A stretch of DNA of 64,000 nucleotides, taken from positions 64,001 to 128,000 of the forward strand of contig CAVVPN010000010.1 in assembly GCA_963750165.1 (NCBI GenBank). The letters are read 5' to 3'. Of this stretch, positions 47,267 through 57,939 are shown in pieces (within the stretch, counting starts at the first letter, position 1; each line of letters begins with the position of its first letter). Position numbers and translations under genes: made by a program. Under the pieces are notes generated by a model. That model was given only the letters and a program-made list of their open reading frames with translations, was not told the DNA's origin and made no database searches. The DNA comes from an uncultured Gemmataceae bacterium (lineage in GTDB: Bacteria; Planctomycetota; Planctomycetia; Gemmatales; Gemmataceae).

Positions 47267-49673
47267 ACTCCTTCCCGACTTCCACGGGCACCGTCAGCGC
47301 CGGATGCGCGAACGCCTGACCGTTGACGGTCGCGGTCGCCGTCAGCGTCAGCTTCGCCATCGCGGCGGGCGTCTTCGCATCCACCTTCAGCTCGATCTGA
47401 AATTCGGCCTGCGTGCCGGGCACCGGCGCCAGCGGCTTCGCCAGCGTGACGCCCTTCGGCAAGCCGTCGAGCTTGAGCGTCACCGCGCCCTTGAAGACGG
47501 CAGCCCGGTCAAGGCGCCCTTTCAGCACCGCCGGTTGGCCGAGCGTCAGCGTCAATTTCGGCGTCAGCAGCAGCACCTCCACCGGCCGCTTGACCGTCAC
47601 CTGCAGCGCCGGGCCGATGACGATGGTGTCGGCGTTGCCGACCCGGGTCTTGCCCCGCACGATCACGTCGGCGGCGCGGCCGGCGGGGGCGTTGACCGCG
47701 GCGGTCAGCACGAAGGCGGTCCTGTCGGCGTCGGCGGCCGCGATACTGGGCTTGAACGTGAGCGGGCTGGGCGTCGGCGGCTTGCCGGGCACCGGCGGCC
47801 CGACCACTGCGACGCCGGTCACTTCCACCGCAGCCTTCCTCTTGTCCAGGCGCCGGAACGACACCGGCACCGCGACGGTGTAGCCCGCGACGACCTCCAC
47901 GGACGGCGGCGGTTGCAGGGCCACGGGATCCGCGGTGGTGACACCGACCGCAAGGCCAGGCAGCCGCCAGGTGGCCACGGCCACGTTGGCGTCGCGGGCA
48001 ACGACGAGCGTGTGCTCTGCGGAGCGGACCAGCATCTTCTCGGGCCGGCCGTTGTGAGCGAAGATGCGCCAACTGAGGTACTGCTCTGGGGAGTGGCCAA
48101 TGATGAGACAATTCAATCGGTACGCCGTCAGGCTGTCGAGGTTCGCCGCCGCGCCGAAGAGGAGTACGCCTGCCGTCCCGTTCGCCGGGACGTAACCGCC
48201 CTGAACCGTGAAACCCTTGACGGGACTGTATGGCCGCAACTGAATCGGCCCCGTGTAGCCGCGGCGCGTCACCGTGACCGGCACCGCTGCCCAGCCGCCG
48301 CGTGGCACATTGATTTCCGTGAGGGCGACGTGCAGCGTGAAATCGTCGCTGGCCGGCTCAACGGACAGGCGGTAACCGTGGTTGATGCCGCCCCTGCCGC
48401 GGGCGTCGCTCACTGCCAGTTGCAACTGCGACACGCCGGCGGGCACGGTGAAGTCCAGCATGGGGTCGAGCGACTTGAACGGCTGCAGCCCCGCGGCCGG
48501 CGGCAGCAAATCCACGTCATCGGCCGTCGCCAGCTGCTTGCCGGTCTGGTCAGTAACGCGAAGCACCGCGTCGAGCCGTGAGCCGAGCGCTTCGGCCTCG
48601 ACGGTGAAGCGATAGCGCTGTCCCGGCTGCGCGGCCAGCTGGTAGCGGTGGACCTCCCCCTTCGCGGTCAGACGACCGTTGGCGGTCATGGGCGGCTGCA
48701 GTTCCACGACCTCCGGTCCGCTCGGCGCGCGGACCATTTCCTTATACAAGCCCACCGCGACCTCCGGTAGGTCGCTGCCGGGCCGCAGTACATCCTTGAC
48801 GGCAAGGCGGGTCTGGTCGAGGCCAAAGGGCAAAATGGACAACTCAGGCATGGGCTGGCGCAGCTCCCGCGGCTTTTTCAAGGCGCCGCCGTACAGCGTG
48901 AAGGTCACCGGCTTGCTGTGCCCATCGCCGACCCGAGCCCCGAGCGGGAAGACCTCGTCCGCGTAGTCGTACTCGCCGATCTTCAGCCGGTAGTGCGGCG
49001 GCGCCGCCCCACGGAAGCGGCTGTCCGACACCTCCACGACATACTCGCCGTCCGCCGGCGCCACGAAGTGCAGCCGCACATCGCCGTGTAGCGCCTGCGA
49101 ATCGTCCGCGGCCAGGAAGCGCTGTTTGGCGTCCGTCAGCCGCAGTTGTGGCAGCACGCCCGAGCTGAGCCGCGCCGACTGCACCTCGATCACCAGCGAC
49201 TGGCCCTTCTTCGCGGTGAAGCGGTAGAAATCGACGTCGCCGCCGGCGCACTGGCCGTTGACGACGCACGGCACCGGCACCTTCTGGGCCATGTCGAAAG
49301 TGTTGTTGTTCTCGACCTCGGCGACGTTCGGGAAGGCGTCCACCGCGAACAGCACCGGGGCGCTGACGCCATCCTCGGTCAGGACGCGGGCGACGTAGAT
49401 GCCGACGGGCACCTTCGCATCAACGGTCAGTTGCACGCGCACCTGCGTGGGCAGCGGCCTGGCCTCGGGCAGCACTTTTTGCTCGGCGGCGAACGGCAGC
49501 AGCAGGCGCGTCCGCGGCGTCAGGTTGGTGCCGGTGATGACCAGATCGACGGCCTTACCGGGCTGAGCGCCGCGCGGCGTGACGGCGGTGACGGTCGGTG
49601 GCGCCGCGGCGGCGGGGGCGGCGAGCAGGAGCAGGCAGAGCGGCGCCAGGAGCTGGCGGCGGGGTAGGGTCAT
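47265..49673 (-). CDS. PPC (pre-peptidase C-terminal) domain-containing exported protein
   Basis: PRGAQPG, EVENNN, VNGQ..DVDFYRF, GSRLDAVL repeats. Confidence 0.85.
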   Translation of the reverse strand: MTLPRRQLLAPLCLLLLAAPAAAAPPTVTAVTPRGAQPGKAVDLVITGTNLTPRTRLLLPFAAEQKVLPEARPLPTQVRVQLTVDAKVPVGIYVARVLTEDGVSAPVLFAVDAFPNVAEVENNNTFDMAQKVPVPCVVNGQCAGGDVDFYRFTAKKGQSLVIEVQSARLSSGVLPQLRLTDAKQRFLAADDSQALHGDVRLHFVAPADGEYVVEVSDSRFRGAAPPHYRLKIGEYDYADEVFPLGARVGDGHSKPVTFTLYGGALKKPRELRQPMPELSILPFGLDQTRLAVKDVLRPGSDLPEVAVGLYKEMVRAPSGPEVVELQPPMTANGRLTAKGEVHRYQLAAQPGQRYRFTVEAEALGSRLDAVLRVTDQTGKQLATADDVDLLPPAAGLQPFKSLDPMLDFTVPAGVSQLQLAVSDARGRGGINHGYRLSVEPASDDFTLHVALTEINVPRGGWAAVPVTVTRRGYTGPIQLRPYSPVKGFTVQGGYVPANGTAGVLLFGAAANLDSLTAYRLNCLIIGHSPEQYLSWRIFAHNGRPEKMLVRSAEHTLVVARDANVAVATWRLPGLAVGVTTADPVALQPPPSVEVVAGYTVAVPVSFRRLDKRKAAVEVTGVAVVGPPVPGKPPTPSPLTFKPSIAAADADRTAFVLTAAVNAPAGRAADVIVRGKTRVGNADTIVIGPALQVTVKRPVEVLLLTPKLTLTLGQPAVLKGRLDRAAVFKGAVTLKLDGLPKGVTLAKPLAPVPGTQAEFQIELKVDAKTPAAMAKLTLTATATVNGQAFAHPALTVPVEVGKE

Positions 49674-50006
49674 GGCGGGATCTCCGCGGGCGGCAGCGTG
49701 GGGTGGGACTGTGTTGTACTATCGGGCAGGCGGCCGGCGCTGTCAAGGCGCGACGGCCGTGGCCAGAGTTGTCCTGGCGGCGTGGGGTTTGAGGTTGCGA
49801 ATGGGGAATCGGCGCGTCCCCTGGGGCTGACAGGGGGGGTGTGAAATGAAAAGAGACGAAACCATCCCTGGCCACCTTCTTTATTGTACCGCCCAGCCCG
49901 CTTCCAGGGAACGACCCTGGGCCGTGGCCCGGCTGATTGACAGGGCTTACCGGCGTCGGTACGCTTGACCGGGAGTCGTCACTGCACATCGTTCGGAGGG
50001 TTCGCC

Positions 50007-50456
50007 ATGTCTCGCGTTCTTGCGTCCGTGCTGCTGCTCCTGCTCTCGGTCGCTGCGCTGGCACAGCAACCGCCCGACAAGAAGGATGCCGAACTGAAGT
50101 GGGCCAGGGAGATCGCCAGCGATTTTCTGAGCGCCGGGCTGCGGCAAGATCACGTGCAGGCATCCGTGCTCGTGGCCAGCGACCTGAAGAAAGCCGTGGA
50201 GAAGGATCGAACCACTCTGGATTCCTTCCTTTCCAGTCACTTTAGCACGCTGCGCATGCAAGGGGCGAAGACGTGGACCTTCGCTTCCGAAATCATCGCC
50301 CCGGACAAGGACGAAGCCGTCTTCCGCGGACAGTGTACCGGCGACACCGGGGAAGCGGACATCACCGTGCGCGTCGTGAAGGAGAAGGAGAGCGGCAAGT
50401 GGCGGGTCCATCTGTTCGCGATCGGGCGGTGGAAGAAAAAGAAGGACTCGAAGTGA
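50007..50456 (+). CDS. Hypothetical exported protein
   Basis: GGAGG SD, signal peptide, NTF2-like pattern ending GKWRV. Confidence 0.7.
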   Translation: MSRVLASVLLLLLSVAALAQQPPDKKDAELKWAREIASDFLSAGLRQDHVQASVLVASDLKKAVEKDRTTLDSFLSSHFSTLRMQGAKTWTFASEIIAPDKDEAVFRGQCTGDTGEADITVRVVKEKESGKWRVHLFAIGRWKKKKDSK

Positions 50457-50518
50457 CGCCGGGCATTCGGTTCTGTGTTCTCGGTGTCCTCTGTGGCTAA
50501 TCCATTTCGGAGAATCCC

Positions 50519-51376
50519 GTGGCCCTGGACCGCGAGGAATACATCGAGCAGGCGTACTTCTTCCAGACGGTGCGCGAGCGCATCGGCCACAGCATGGCGA
50601 CGCAGGAGATCCTTGAGCGCATCCACGAGGAGATCCTGGCGACGACGCGGCTGCCGCTGGCCGTGCAGTTCCTGGCGACCGAGCTGAAGCACTCCGGCCT
50701 GCTGTCCTCCGGCTTCGTCCGGCTGCCGCACTACTTCACGCCGTTCCAGGCGTTCGTCATCCGTCAGACGGAGGATGAACGGTTGAAGTTCAACATCGAC
50801 AGCGCCCTGCTGGTGCTGGAGCGCGAGGCCCGCTACCGCGCCGGCGACTGGACGCCGGCGGGGCTGTTCGTCTACCAGTTCGAGACGCTGAGCCGCAACC
50901 GTCTCGGCTACGAAGCGGGCCTGCAAGCGATGGCCGGCGACCCCGGCTTTGACGCCGACTGGCGCGTGTACCTCGAAGCGGTGCGGCGGCAACTGGGCGT
51001 CGTCGATTTCGGCGACCTGGTGTACCTGCGCTCGACGTTCTATGTGACGGAGATGCGCCGGCAGCAGCCGGACTACGAGCCGCCAGTGCCGCCGCTGTTC
51101 GGTGAGAAGGAGGGCAAGATCGCCCGCGCCAACCGCGGCCGCGATCCGCTGTACCTGTTCGCGGCGCTGCAGCGGCAGCTGGGCTATCCCGAGGTGCCAC
51201 GACCGCGACCACGCGACGACCCGGCGGCGAAACTGGAAGCGCTACAGGCCAGGTTGCACCAGCTAGAGGCGCGACTCAAACTGGTCGAGAGCGAGGTGCG
51301 CGGCCAGGTCGATCTCAACCAGTTCATGCTCAAACCAGACCAGGGGCCGCGGCAGAACCTGGACGATCTGGACTGA
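50519..51376 (+). CDS. Conserved hypothetical protein
   Basis: LDREEYIEQAYFF..LFGEKEGKIARANRGRDPLYLF; C-terminal coiled coil. Confidence 0.75.
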   Translation: MALDREEYIEQAYFFQTVRERIGHSMATQEILERIHEEILATTRLPLAVQFLATELKHSGLLSSGFVRLPHYFTPFQAFVIRQTEDERLKFNIDSALLVLEREARYRAGDWTPAGLFVYQFETLSRNRLGYEAGLQAMAGDPGFDADWRVYLEAVRRQLGVVDFGDLVYLRSTFYVTEMRRQQPDYEPPVPPLFGEKEGKIARANRGRDPLYLFAALQRQLGYPEVPRPRPRDDPAAKLEALQARLHQLEARLKLVESEVRGQVDLNQFMLKPDQGPRQNLDDLD

Positions 51377-51396
51377 CCGCGGCCCCGGGAGGCACA

Positions 51397-52404
51397 GTGA
51401 GCATCACGTTTCAGGTTCTGGGCGACGCCGGCCGCGACAACGCGCTGTTTGTGCGCCTCGACAGCGGTCAGGCCATCGACCGGCTACTGTTCGACTGCGG
51501 CGGCGGCTGCCCCGACGCGCTGCCGCACGCGGAGGTGCAGGCCATCGACCATCTGTGTTTCTCGCACCTGCACATGGATCACGTCGCCGGCTTCGACACG
51601 TTTTTCCGCAGCAACTACGACCGCGCCGCGAAGCCGAACGTGCTCTGGGGGCCGCCGGAGACGGGCCGCATCCTGCACGGCCGGCTGCGCGGCTACTGGT
51701 GGAACCTGAACGCCGGCCGGCAGGGGGTCTGGCGGGTCAACGACATCCATCCGGAGCACGTGCAAAGCTGGCGCTTCGAGCTGGCCGAGGCGTTCCAGTA
51801 CCGCCATGACGCCGGCCGGTTGCCGCGGACGGCCGTGCTGTTCGATGGCGGCGCCTACACGGTCGCGGCGCTGGCGCTGGAGCACCAGGGGCCGAGCCTG
51901 GCGTACCTGGTGCGCGAGAAGACGCGCAGCAACATCGACCCTGGCAAGCTGGTGAACCTGGGGCTGCAGCCGGGGCCGTGGCTGAAGGAGTTGAAAGAGC
52001 CGGCGCCGGGCCAGACGACGGTGGACGTGGACGGCGGAGCGCGGCCCATCGCGGACCTGCGGGCTGCCCTGCTGTCGGAGACGGCGGGCGAGTCGATTGC
52101 ATACTTGACGGACTTTTTGCTCGATGATGTCGCGCTGGAGCGGCTGGTGCCGTGGCTGCACGGCTGCACGACGGTGGTGTGCGAGTGTCAGTACCGGGCG
52201 GCGGACGCGGAGCTGGCGCGACGGAATTTCCACATGGCGGCGCCGCAGGTGGCGGAGTTGGCGCGGCGGGCGAATGTGGGGGCGCTGGTGCTGTTCCATG
52301 TGTCCGACCGCTACACGGCGTCGGAGTGGCTCGAACTGCTGGCGGAGGCGCGGGCGGTGTTCCCGGCGACGCGGTTTCCGGAACATTGGCGGCTGGACGT
52401 GTAG
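51397..52404 (+). CDS. MBL-fold hydrolase, RNase Z-like
   Basis: LLFDCG, SHLHMDH, LGLQPGPWL exosite-like arm, YLTD, CEC, FHM, LFHVSDRY. Confidence 0.8.
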   Translation: MSITFQVLGDAGRDNALFVRLDSGQAIDRLLFDCGGGCPDALPHAEVQAIDHLCFSHLHMDHVAGFDTFFRSNYDRAAKPNVLWGPPETGRILHGRLRGYWWNLNAGRQGVWRVNDIHPEHVQSWRFELAEAFQYRHDAGRLPRTAVLFDGGAYTVAALALEHQGPSLAYLVREKTRSNIDPGKLVNLGLQPGPWLKELKEPAPGQTTVDVDGGARPIADLRAALLSETAGESIAYLTDFLLDDVALERLVPWLHGCTTVVCECQYRAADAELARRNFHMAAPQVAELARRANVGALVLFHVSDRYTASEWLELLAEARAVFPATRFPEHWRLDV

Positions 52405-52602
52405 CCCGACGCTGAATCCCTGCTTTCTGCCGCTTGCGGCCAAGGCCGTGGCCCACCGTTTCCCGCACCGGCGCGAAAAACGGCGGCCAGGAACAGGATA
52501 CCATGCCCCGGCCGTCTTTCGGAGGTCTGGGGCATTGGCGGGCAGGTCCGTTCGCTTCTGGCTCCGCGGCGGAGCATGGGCACGAGAAGAGCAAGGGCTC
52601 TC

Positions 52603-52632
52603 TTGACCCGCGCAGCGCGGCCGTGCTATAAC
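52603..52632 (+). promoter_or_regulatory. Sigma-70 promoter of the glycan locus
   Basis: TTGACC-N18-TATAAC with extended -10 TG. Confidence 0.6.
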
Positions 52633-52717
52633 GCCGCCCGCACCTTGAAGGTTTCTCCCTGACAATAACGTTGGGATCGAACGGACTGGCCCGGCGACGC
52701 CCGGGCCGAGGTGCGGC

Positions 52718-53263
52718 ATGCGCTTTCACGCGACCCCGCTGGCCGGGGCCTGGCTGATCGAGCCCGAGTGTCGGGAGGACGAACGCGGCTTCTTCGCCCG
52801 TAGCTGGTGTCGGGAGGAGTTCGCGGCCCACGGCATCGACTGCTGCTGGGCGCAGTGCAACATCTCGTACAATCGCATCCGCGGCACCCTGCGCGGCCTG
52901 CACTACCAGGCGGCACCGAAGGCGGAGGCCAAGTTGGTGCGCTGCACGCGCGGCGCCCTGTTCGATGTGATCGTGGACCTGCGGCCCGAGTCTCCGACCT
53001 TCGGCCGCTGGGTCGCGTTCGAGTTGACGGCCGAGAACCACCATTCGGTGTTCGCGCCCGAGGGGTTCGCCCACGGCTTCCAGACGCTGGCCGATGACAC
53101 CGAGGTGTTCTACCAGATATCCGAGTCCTACTACCCCGAGGCGGCGTGCGGCGTCACATGGGACGACCCGGTGCTGGGCATCGACTGGCCGCCGTGTGAG
53201 CGCCGCATCATTTCACCCCGAGACCTGAGCTACCCCCGACTGCGGCCGAGTGCCGCGGGTTGA
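52718..53263 (+). CDS. rfbC: dTDP-4-dehydrorhamnose 3,5-epimerase
   Basis: DERGFF, GTLRGLHYQ, KLVRC, DLRPESPTFG, PEGFAHGFQTL. Confidence 0.93.
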   Translation: MRFHATPLAGAWLIEPECREDERGFFARSWCREEFAAHGIDCCWAQCNISYNRIRGTLRGLHYQAAPKAEAKLVRCTRGALFDVIVDLRPESPTFGRWVAFELTAENHHSVFAPEGFAHGFQTLADDTEVFYQISESYYPEAACGVTWDDPVLGIDWPPCERRIISPRDLSYPRLRPSAAG

Positions 53264-54489
53264 GGGGCCGTCGGCCGAGAGGAGCCGAACCCGTGTCCCC
53301 GCTGTCCGGCGCCAAATCTGTCTGCCCGCTGTGCGCGGCTGCGACCGAGGAATTCCTGCGGCGGCCGCGAGTGCCCGTCCACCAGAACCTACTGCTGGCG
53401 GATGCCGAGGCGGCACGGCGGGCGGCCCGCGGCACCCTGGCGCTGCACGTCTGTCGGGGCTGCGGCTTCGTTTTCAACGCTGCCTTCGATCCGACACTGC
53501 TCGCCTACGGTCCCGACTACGACAACACTCAGACGGCCTCGCCCGCGTTCGGCCGTCATGTCTCGGGACTGGCGCGCGACCTGGTGGAGGTCCACGGGGT
53601 CCGCGACTGCCAGGTGGTGGAGGTCGGTTGCGGCAAGGGCGGCTTCCTGCGGGAACTGGTCGCCCATCCCGGCGCCGGCAACGTCGGTGTGGGTTTCGAC
53701 CCCAGCTACCTCGGTCCCGAGTACGACCTGGACGGCCGGGTGCGCTTCCTCCGCCGTTTCTTCGACGCCGGGGCCGGCGTGACGGCGGACGTGGTGGTCT
53801 GCCGTCATGTGATCGAACACGTCCCAGACCCGCTGGGCCTGTTGCGCGGCGTACGCGCCGCCCTGTCCGACTCGCCCCGGGCCAGAGTGTTCTTCGAGAC
53901 GCCCTGTGTCGAGTGGATTCTGAGACATCAGGTAGCCTGGGATTGCTTTTACGAACACTGTTCGCTCTTCACCGCCGGCTCCCTGGCCGCGGCCTTCATT
54001 GCCGCGGGCTTCGCGGTCAGTGCCGTCCGCCACGTTTTCGGCGGCCAGTACCTCTGGCTGGAAGCGCAACCGGCCCTCCCGTGGGACGGCTCTCCCGAGC
54101 CGTCTCCCAGGAGTGAGTTCGTGGTGAGTCTGGCCCGACAGTTCGGGGCCGCGGAGTCGGCTCGGGTGCTGGCCTGGCAGCAGAGCCTGGAGCGACTCAG
54201 TCGGGACGGGCCGCTGGCCGTGTGGGGGGCGGGAGCCAAGGGCGTGACCTTCTGCAACCTGGCGGACCCGGACGGCCGGCGTGTTGCCTGGGTCGTGGAC
54301 ATCAACCCTGCCAAGCAGGGCAAGTTCGTGGCGGGCACCGGCCACCCAATTGTCAGCCCGGAACAGGCGCTGGCCCAGGGAATGACCGCGGCCCTGGTGC
54401 TCAACCCGAACTACGTCGCCGAGGTCGCGGAGCACCTGGCCCGACACGGCAGCCGTGCCGCTGTGTGTGACCTGATGCGCGCGGCCTGA
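53260..54489 (+). CDS. NDP-sugar C-methyltransferase family protein
   Basis: CPLC/CRGC zinc ribbon, EVGCGKG, RHVIEH, FYEH, WGAGAKG, DINPAKQG; start uncertain. Confidence 0.85.
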   Translation: MRGRRPRGAEPVSPLSGAKSVCPLCAAATEEFLRRPRVPVHQNLLLADAEAARRAARGTLALHVCRGCGFVFNAAFDPTLLAYGPDYDNTQTASPAFGRHVSGLARDLVEVHGVRDCQVVEVGCGKGGFLRELVAHPGAGNVGVGFDPSYLGPEYDLDGRVRFLRRFFDAGAGVTADVVVCRHVIEHVPDPLGLLRGVRAALSDSPRARVFFETPCVEWILRHQVAWDCFYEHCSLFTAGSLAAAFIAAGFAVSAVRHVFGGQYLWLEAQPALPWDGSPEPSPRSEFVVSLARQFGAAESARVLAWQQSLERLSRDGPLAVWGAGAKGVTFCNLADPDGRRVAWVVDINPAKQGKFVAGTGHPIVSPEQALAQGMTAALVLNPNYVAEVAEHLARHGSRAAVCDLMRAA

Positions 54490-54505
54490 GATGAGGGACG
54501 AAGGC

Positions 54506-55273
54506 ATGAAACTCACGATCGACACCACCGCCCGCCAGCTGGTCCACGAGGCCGACGGCACACGAGCGGTGCTGCCGCTGTACGGTCCCGAGGCATTCGA
54601 CCTGCTCAGCCGCTGCTGGCTGCGTGTGGGTTGGTCGCAGAAATACTCATACGGCTTCACCTGGCTGGGCCGACCGATCATCCAGTTGCCCGAGGACGTG
54701 CTCCGCGTTCAGGAAGTCATCCACCGCGTCAACCCCGATGTCATCGTCGAGACTGGTGTGGCCCACGGGGGGTCGCTGATTTTTTACGCCAGTCTCTGCA
54801 AGGCCCGCGACCGCGGCCGGGTGGTCGGCGTCGATGTGACCATCCGGCCCCAGAACCGTGCCGCCATCGAGTCTCACCCGCTGTCCCCGTACATCACATT
54901 GCTGGAAGGCAGTTCCACGGACCCGGGGCTGGTGGCCCGGGTCAGGGAACTCGTCCGGCCCGGGGAGACGGTCCTGGTGATCCTGGACTCCTGCCACACC
55001 CGCGCCCATGTGCGGGCGGAACTGGAGGCTTACGCCGGACTGGTCACACCGGGATCCTATCTGGTGGCGACCGACGGCATCATGGCGGACGTGGCGGACG
55101 CTCCCGGAGGCCGTCCCGAGTGGTCCTGGGACAACCCCCAGCAGGCTGCCCAGGAGTTCGCCCGGGAGCGGACGGACTTCGTACTGGAGGAGCCGCCGTG
55201 GCTGTTCAACGAGGGAACGGTCGTCCGACGGGTTACCTACTGGCCGGCCGCTTACCTGCGCAAGATCGCCTGA
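54506..55273 (+). CDS. CmcI (cephalosporin hydroxylase) family methyltransferase
   Basis: YSYGFTWLGRPIIQLPED, ETGVAHGGSL, VILDSCH. Confidence 0.9.
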   Translation: MKLTIDTTARQLVHEADGTRAVLPLYGPEAFDLLSRCWLRVGWSQKYSYGFTWLGRPIIQLPEDVLRVQEVIHRVNPDVIVETGVAHGGSLIFYASLCKARDRGRVVGVDVTIRPQNRAAIESHPLSPYITLLEGSSTDPGLVARVRELVRPGETVLVILDSCHTRAHVRAELEAYAGLVTPGSYLVATDGIMADVADAPGGRPEWSWDNPQQAAQEFARERTDFVLEEPPWLFNEGTVVRRVTYWPAAYLRKIA

Positions 55274-55286
55274 GGAGGTTGGGGAC

Positions 55287-56165
55287 ATGGAACTGTCTGA
55301 AGTCCAGCGGCGCTTTGCCGACTACGGGTTCTACCACACCATCGAACTGGCGCCGGGTGTCCGCACTCCGGGGTGGCCGGTGGTTGTACCACTCGTCGAA
55401 CTGACACTCCGCTCCCTGCACTCCCTGGACCTGCGCGGCAAGCGCGTCCTGGACGTGGGCTGCCGGGACGGACTGTTCGCCTTCGAGGCCGAGCGTCTTG
55501 GGGCCCGGGAGGTGGTGGCCATCGACAACGACCTGTCCCGCGGGGCCGTCGAGGTGCTGATCCCCTTCCTGCGTTCCCGGGTGCGGATGCACGAGATGAA
55601 CCTGCTCGACCTGCGGCCGGAGACTTTTGGCACCTTTGACGTGGTCATCATGCCGGGCGTGCTCTACCATCTGCGCTACCCCTTCTGGGCGCTGAAGCTC
55701 ATTCGCGACCTGCTTTCCGAAGGGGGGTGCCTGGTGCTGGAAACCGCCCTGTTCATCGACGACAACCGTCATGCCGTGTTGCGCTGCCCCGTGGAGACGG
55801 ACAGCCCGTACGAGGCGACCAGCTGCACCTTCTTCAACCGTAAGGGCCTGATCGACACCCTCGGTAGCCTGGGCCTGCTCCCCCTCACCTTTGAATACCT
55901 GAGTAACGCCCCTCTCGTCGCCGGCCGCCCGGTGAGCCTGGAGCCGGCGCGTACCGATGCGCCCCAGGGACCGGATGGGACCATGTCGTTGGACCGCGCC
56001 ACCCTGGTTTGTCGGCACACGAACCGGGCGGCCGACTCCCAGGCCGCCAATTACTGGGAGGGGACGCACACGTTCAGCAGTTCGCGGAAGGGAAGCTGGT
56101 GGCAAGCCCTTGCCACCGCCCGGCCGGCGCCGGCCAACACCGCCGTTCCGACTCCGGCTCGGTGA
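55287..56165 (+). CDS. Class I SAM-dependent methyltransferase (DUF1698-like)
   Basis: FYHTIEL, GKRVLDVGCRDG, GVLYHLRYP. Confidence 0.88.
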   Translation: MELSEVQRRFADYGFYHTIELAPGVRTPGWPVVVPLVELTLRSLHSLDLRGKRVLDVGCRDGLFAFEAERLGAREVVAIDNDLSRGAVEVLIPFLRSRVRMHEMNLLDLRPETFGTFDVVIMPGVLYHLRYPFWALKLIRDLLSEGGCLVLETALFIDDNRHAVLRCPVETDSPYEATSCTFFNRKGLIDTLGSLGLLPLTFEYLSNAPLVAGRPVSLEPARTDAPQGPDGTMSLDRATLVCRHTNRAADSQAANYWEGTHTFSSSRKGSWWQALATARPAPANTAVPTPAR

Positions 56166-56196
56166 GCGAGCCAACCTTTACTGGGGACCAAGGGCC

Positions 56197-57939
56197 ATGA
56201 CCAGGCCGCGCTTCAGCGTTGTCATCCCGACCCGGGAACGGGCACACACCCTGCGCCACAGCCTGCGGACCTGTCTCGACCAGGACTTCGAGGACTACGA
56301 GGTTGTCGTCTGTGACAACTACAGTTCCCCGGCGACTCGGGAAGTGGTGGAGGAGGCCAACTCCCCCCGGGTTCGCTACGTGCGGGCGCCCGAGCCGTTG
56401 GCCATGAGCCACAACTGGGAGCTGGCCCTGAGCCACGCCGCCGGCGAGTACGTCACGATCCTCGGCGACGACGATGCTCTGCTGTCCCACGCACTGCGAG
56501 AGCTGGACCGTCTGATTCGCCGCACCGGGACACGGGTGGTTCGCTGGAGCGCCGCGTTTTACCTCTGGCCGACAGTGGCCCTGGAGGGCGAGGCCAACTT
56601 CCTGGCGATCCCCCTCAGCCGCGAACTGCGAAGCGTGGACGCCGTGCCGACCATGGCCGCGGTCGCCAGCTTCCGGGACTGCTACACTGCCCTGCCGATG
56701 ATCTACAACTCGGTCATCCACCGCGACCTGATCGCCGAGTTGCGCGGCCGCACGGGGAAAGTGTTTGCCAACAACTGCCCCGATGTCTACTCCGGTTTCG
56801 CCTTCGCCTACCTGGCCGGCAACTACGTCTCGGTGGACGTGCCGATGACCGTGGCCGGCCTGTCGGGCAACAGCACCGGCGTCGCCGCCCTGCTGTTGCG
56901 GCGGCCGTCCCCGGTGGCTCAGGACTTCCGCCAACTCAACGCTCGCTCCGGACTGAATGTCCATCCCTGGGTGCCGGACCTGCCGATCTATCCCGCGGTG
57001 CCGGTGGCGGACTCGTTCCAGCACGCCAGGGAAATCCTGTTCCCGAAGGACTCCCGGTTACAGCTGGACCGCCAGCGCCTGGCGTCCGAGTGCGTGGCGG
57101 GGCTCTGGGCTGCGGACGAGCCGGAATGGCAAGCCCGTCTCGACGTGATCCGCGCGACATTCGACGACGACCCCGGACTGCGGCGGTGGTTCGAGGAGAC
57201 GCACGGCGGGGTGCCGTTCCGGTATACGGCCCCGCCCCCTCTGCACCCCACGTCCCTGGGTTTCGACGGCACCCAGTTGCACCTGCGTGCGGATCTGTTC
57301 GACGTGGTGGACGTGGCCGGCGCGGCCCGACTGTGTGAACGAATCCTGGGGTATCGCGGCTCCGAGGTCGTCTACGACCTGCCGTCCAACCCGCGGCTGA
57401 CCGCGGAGTTACACCGGCTCCGGGCCGAGGTCGGACACGTTGAGGCGCATCTGGCGGAGTTGCAGCGCGAACGCTCCCGGTACGCGGAGACGATCCACAC
57501 CCTGGCCAGCCAGCTGGCCGCGGCGCAGCACCACCTTCAGGAAAACCAGGCGCTCTCGGCCCGGTGGCAAGAGGAGATCTGTCAGTTGCGGGAACGGCTG
57601 GCGTGCTGTGAGACGGATCGGTCGGCCCAGACCCACGCCCTCCACGCCATGCACGACCGGATCGGCCACTGTGAAGCCGACCGGGCGGCCCTCCGGGAAA
57701 TGGTCCAGACCCTGACCGGGCAGCTGGCGGTCGGGGAAGCAGCACGGGCCACGGTCGAGGCCGCCCGCCTCGCCAGCGTGGCCGCCCACGCGGCCAGTGA
57801 AGCCGACCGGGCGGTGCGGTTGGAGATGATCCGCTCGCTGAGCGATCAGCTGGCCCGGGAGCGCAACACCTTGCTGCGGCGCCTGCACCGCGCCCCGGCT
57901 AAGCTCCTGCGCCTGCTGAAGAGTGCCAGGGCTACTTGA
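56197..57939 (+). CDS. Glycosyltransferase family 2 with C-terminal coiled coil
   Basis: FSVVIPT, VCDNYS, LGDDD; heptad-rich tail. Confidence 0.88.
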   Translation: MTRPRFSVVIPTRERAHTLRHSLRTCLDQDFEDYEVVVCDNYSSPATREVVEEANSPRVRYVRAPEPLAMSHNWELALSHAAGEYVTILGDDDALLSHALRELDRLIRRTGTRVVRWSAAFYLWPTVALEGEANFLAIPLSRELRSVDAVPTMAAVASFRDCYTALPMIYNSVIHRDLIAELRGRTGKVFANNCPDVYSGFAFAYLAGNYVSVDVPMTVAGLSGNSTGVAALLLRRPSPVAQDFRQLNARSGLNVHPWVPDLPIYPAVPVADSFQHAREILFPKDSRLQLDRQRLASECVAGLWAADEPEWQARLDVIRATFDDDPGLRRWFEETHGGVPFRYTAPPPLHPTSLGFDGTQLHLRADLFDVVDVAGAARLCERILGYRGSEVVYDLPSNPRLTAELHRLRAEVGHVEAHLAELQRERSRYAETIHTLASQLAAAQHHLQENQALSARWQEEICQLRERLACCETDRSAQTHALHAMHDRIGHCEADRAALREMVQTLTGQLAVGEAARATVEAARLASVAAHAASEADRAVRLEMIRSLSDQLARERNTLLRRLHRAPAKLLRLLKSARAT

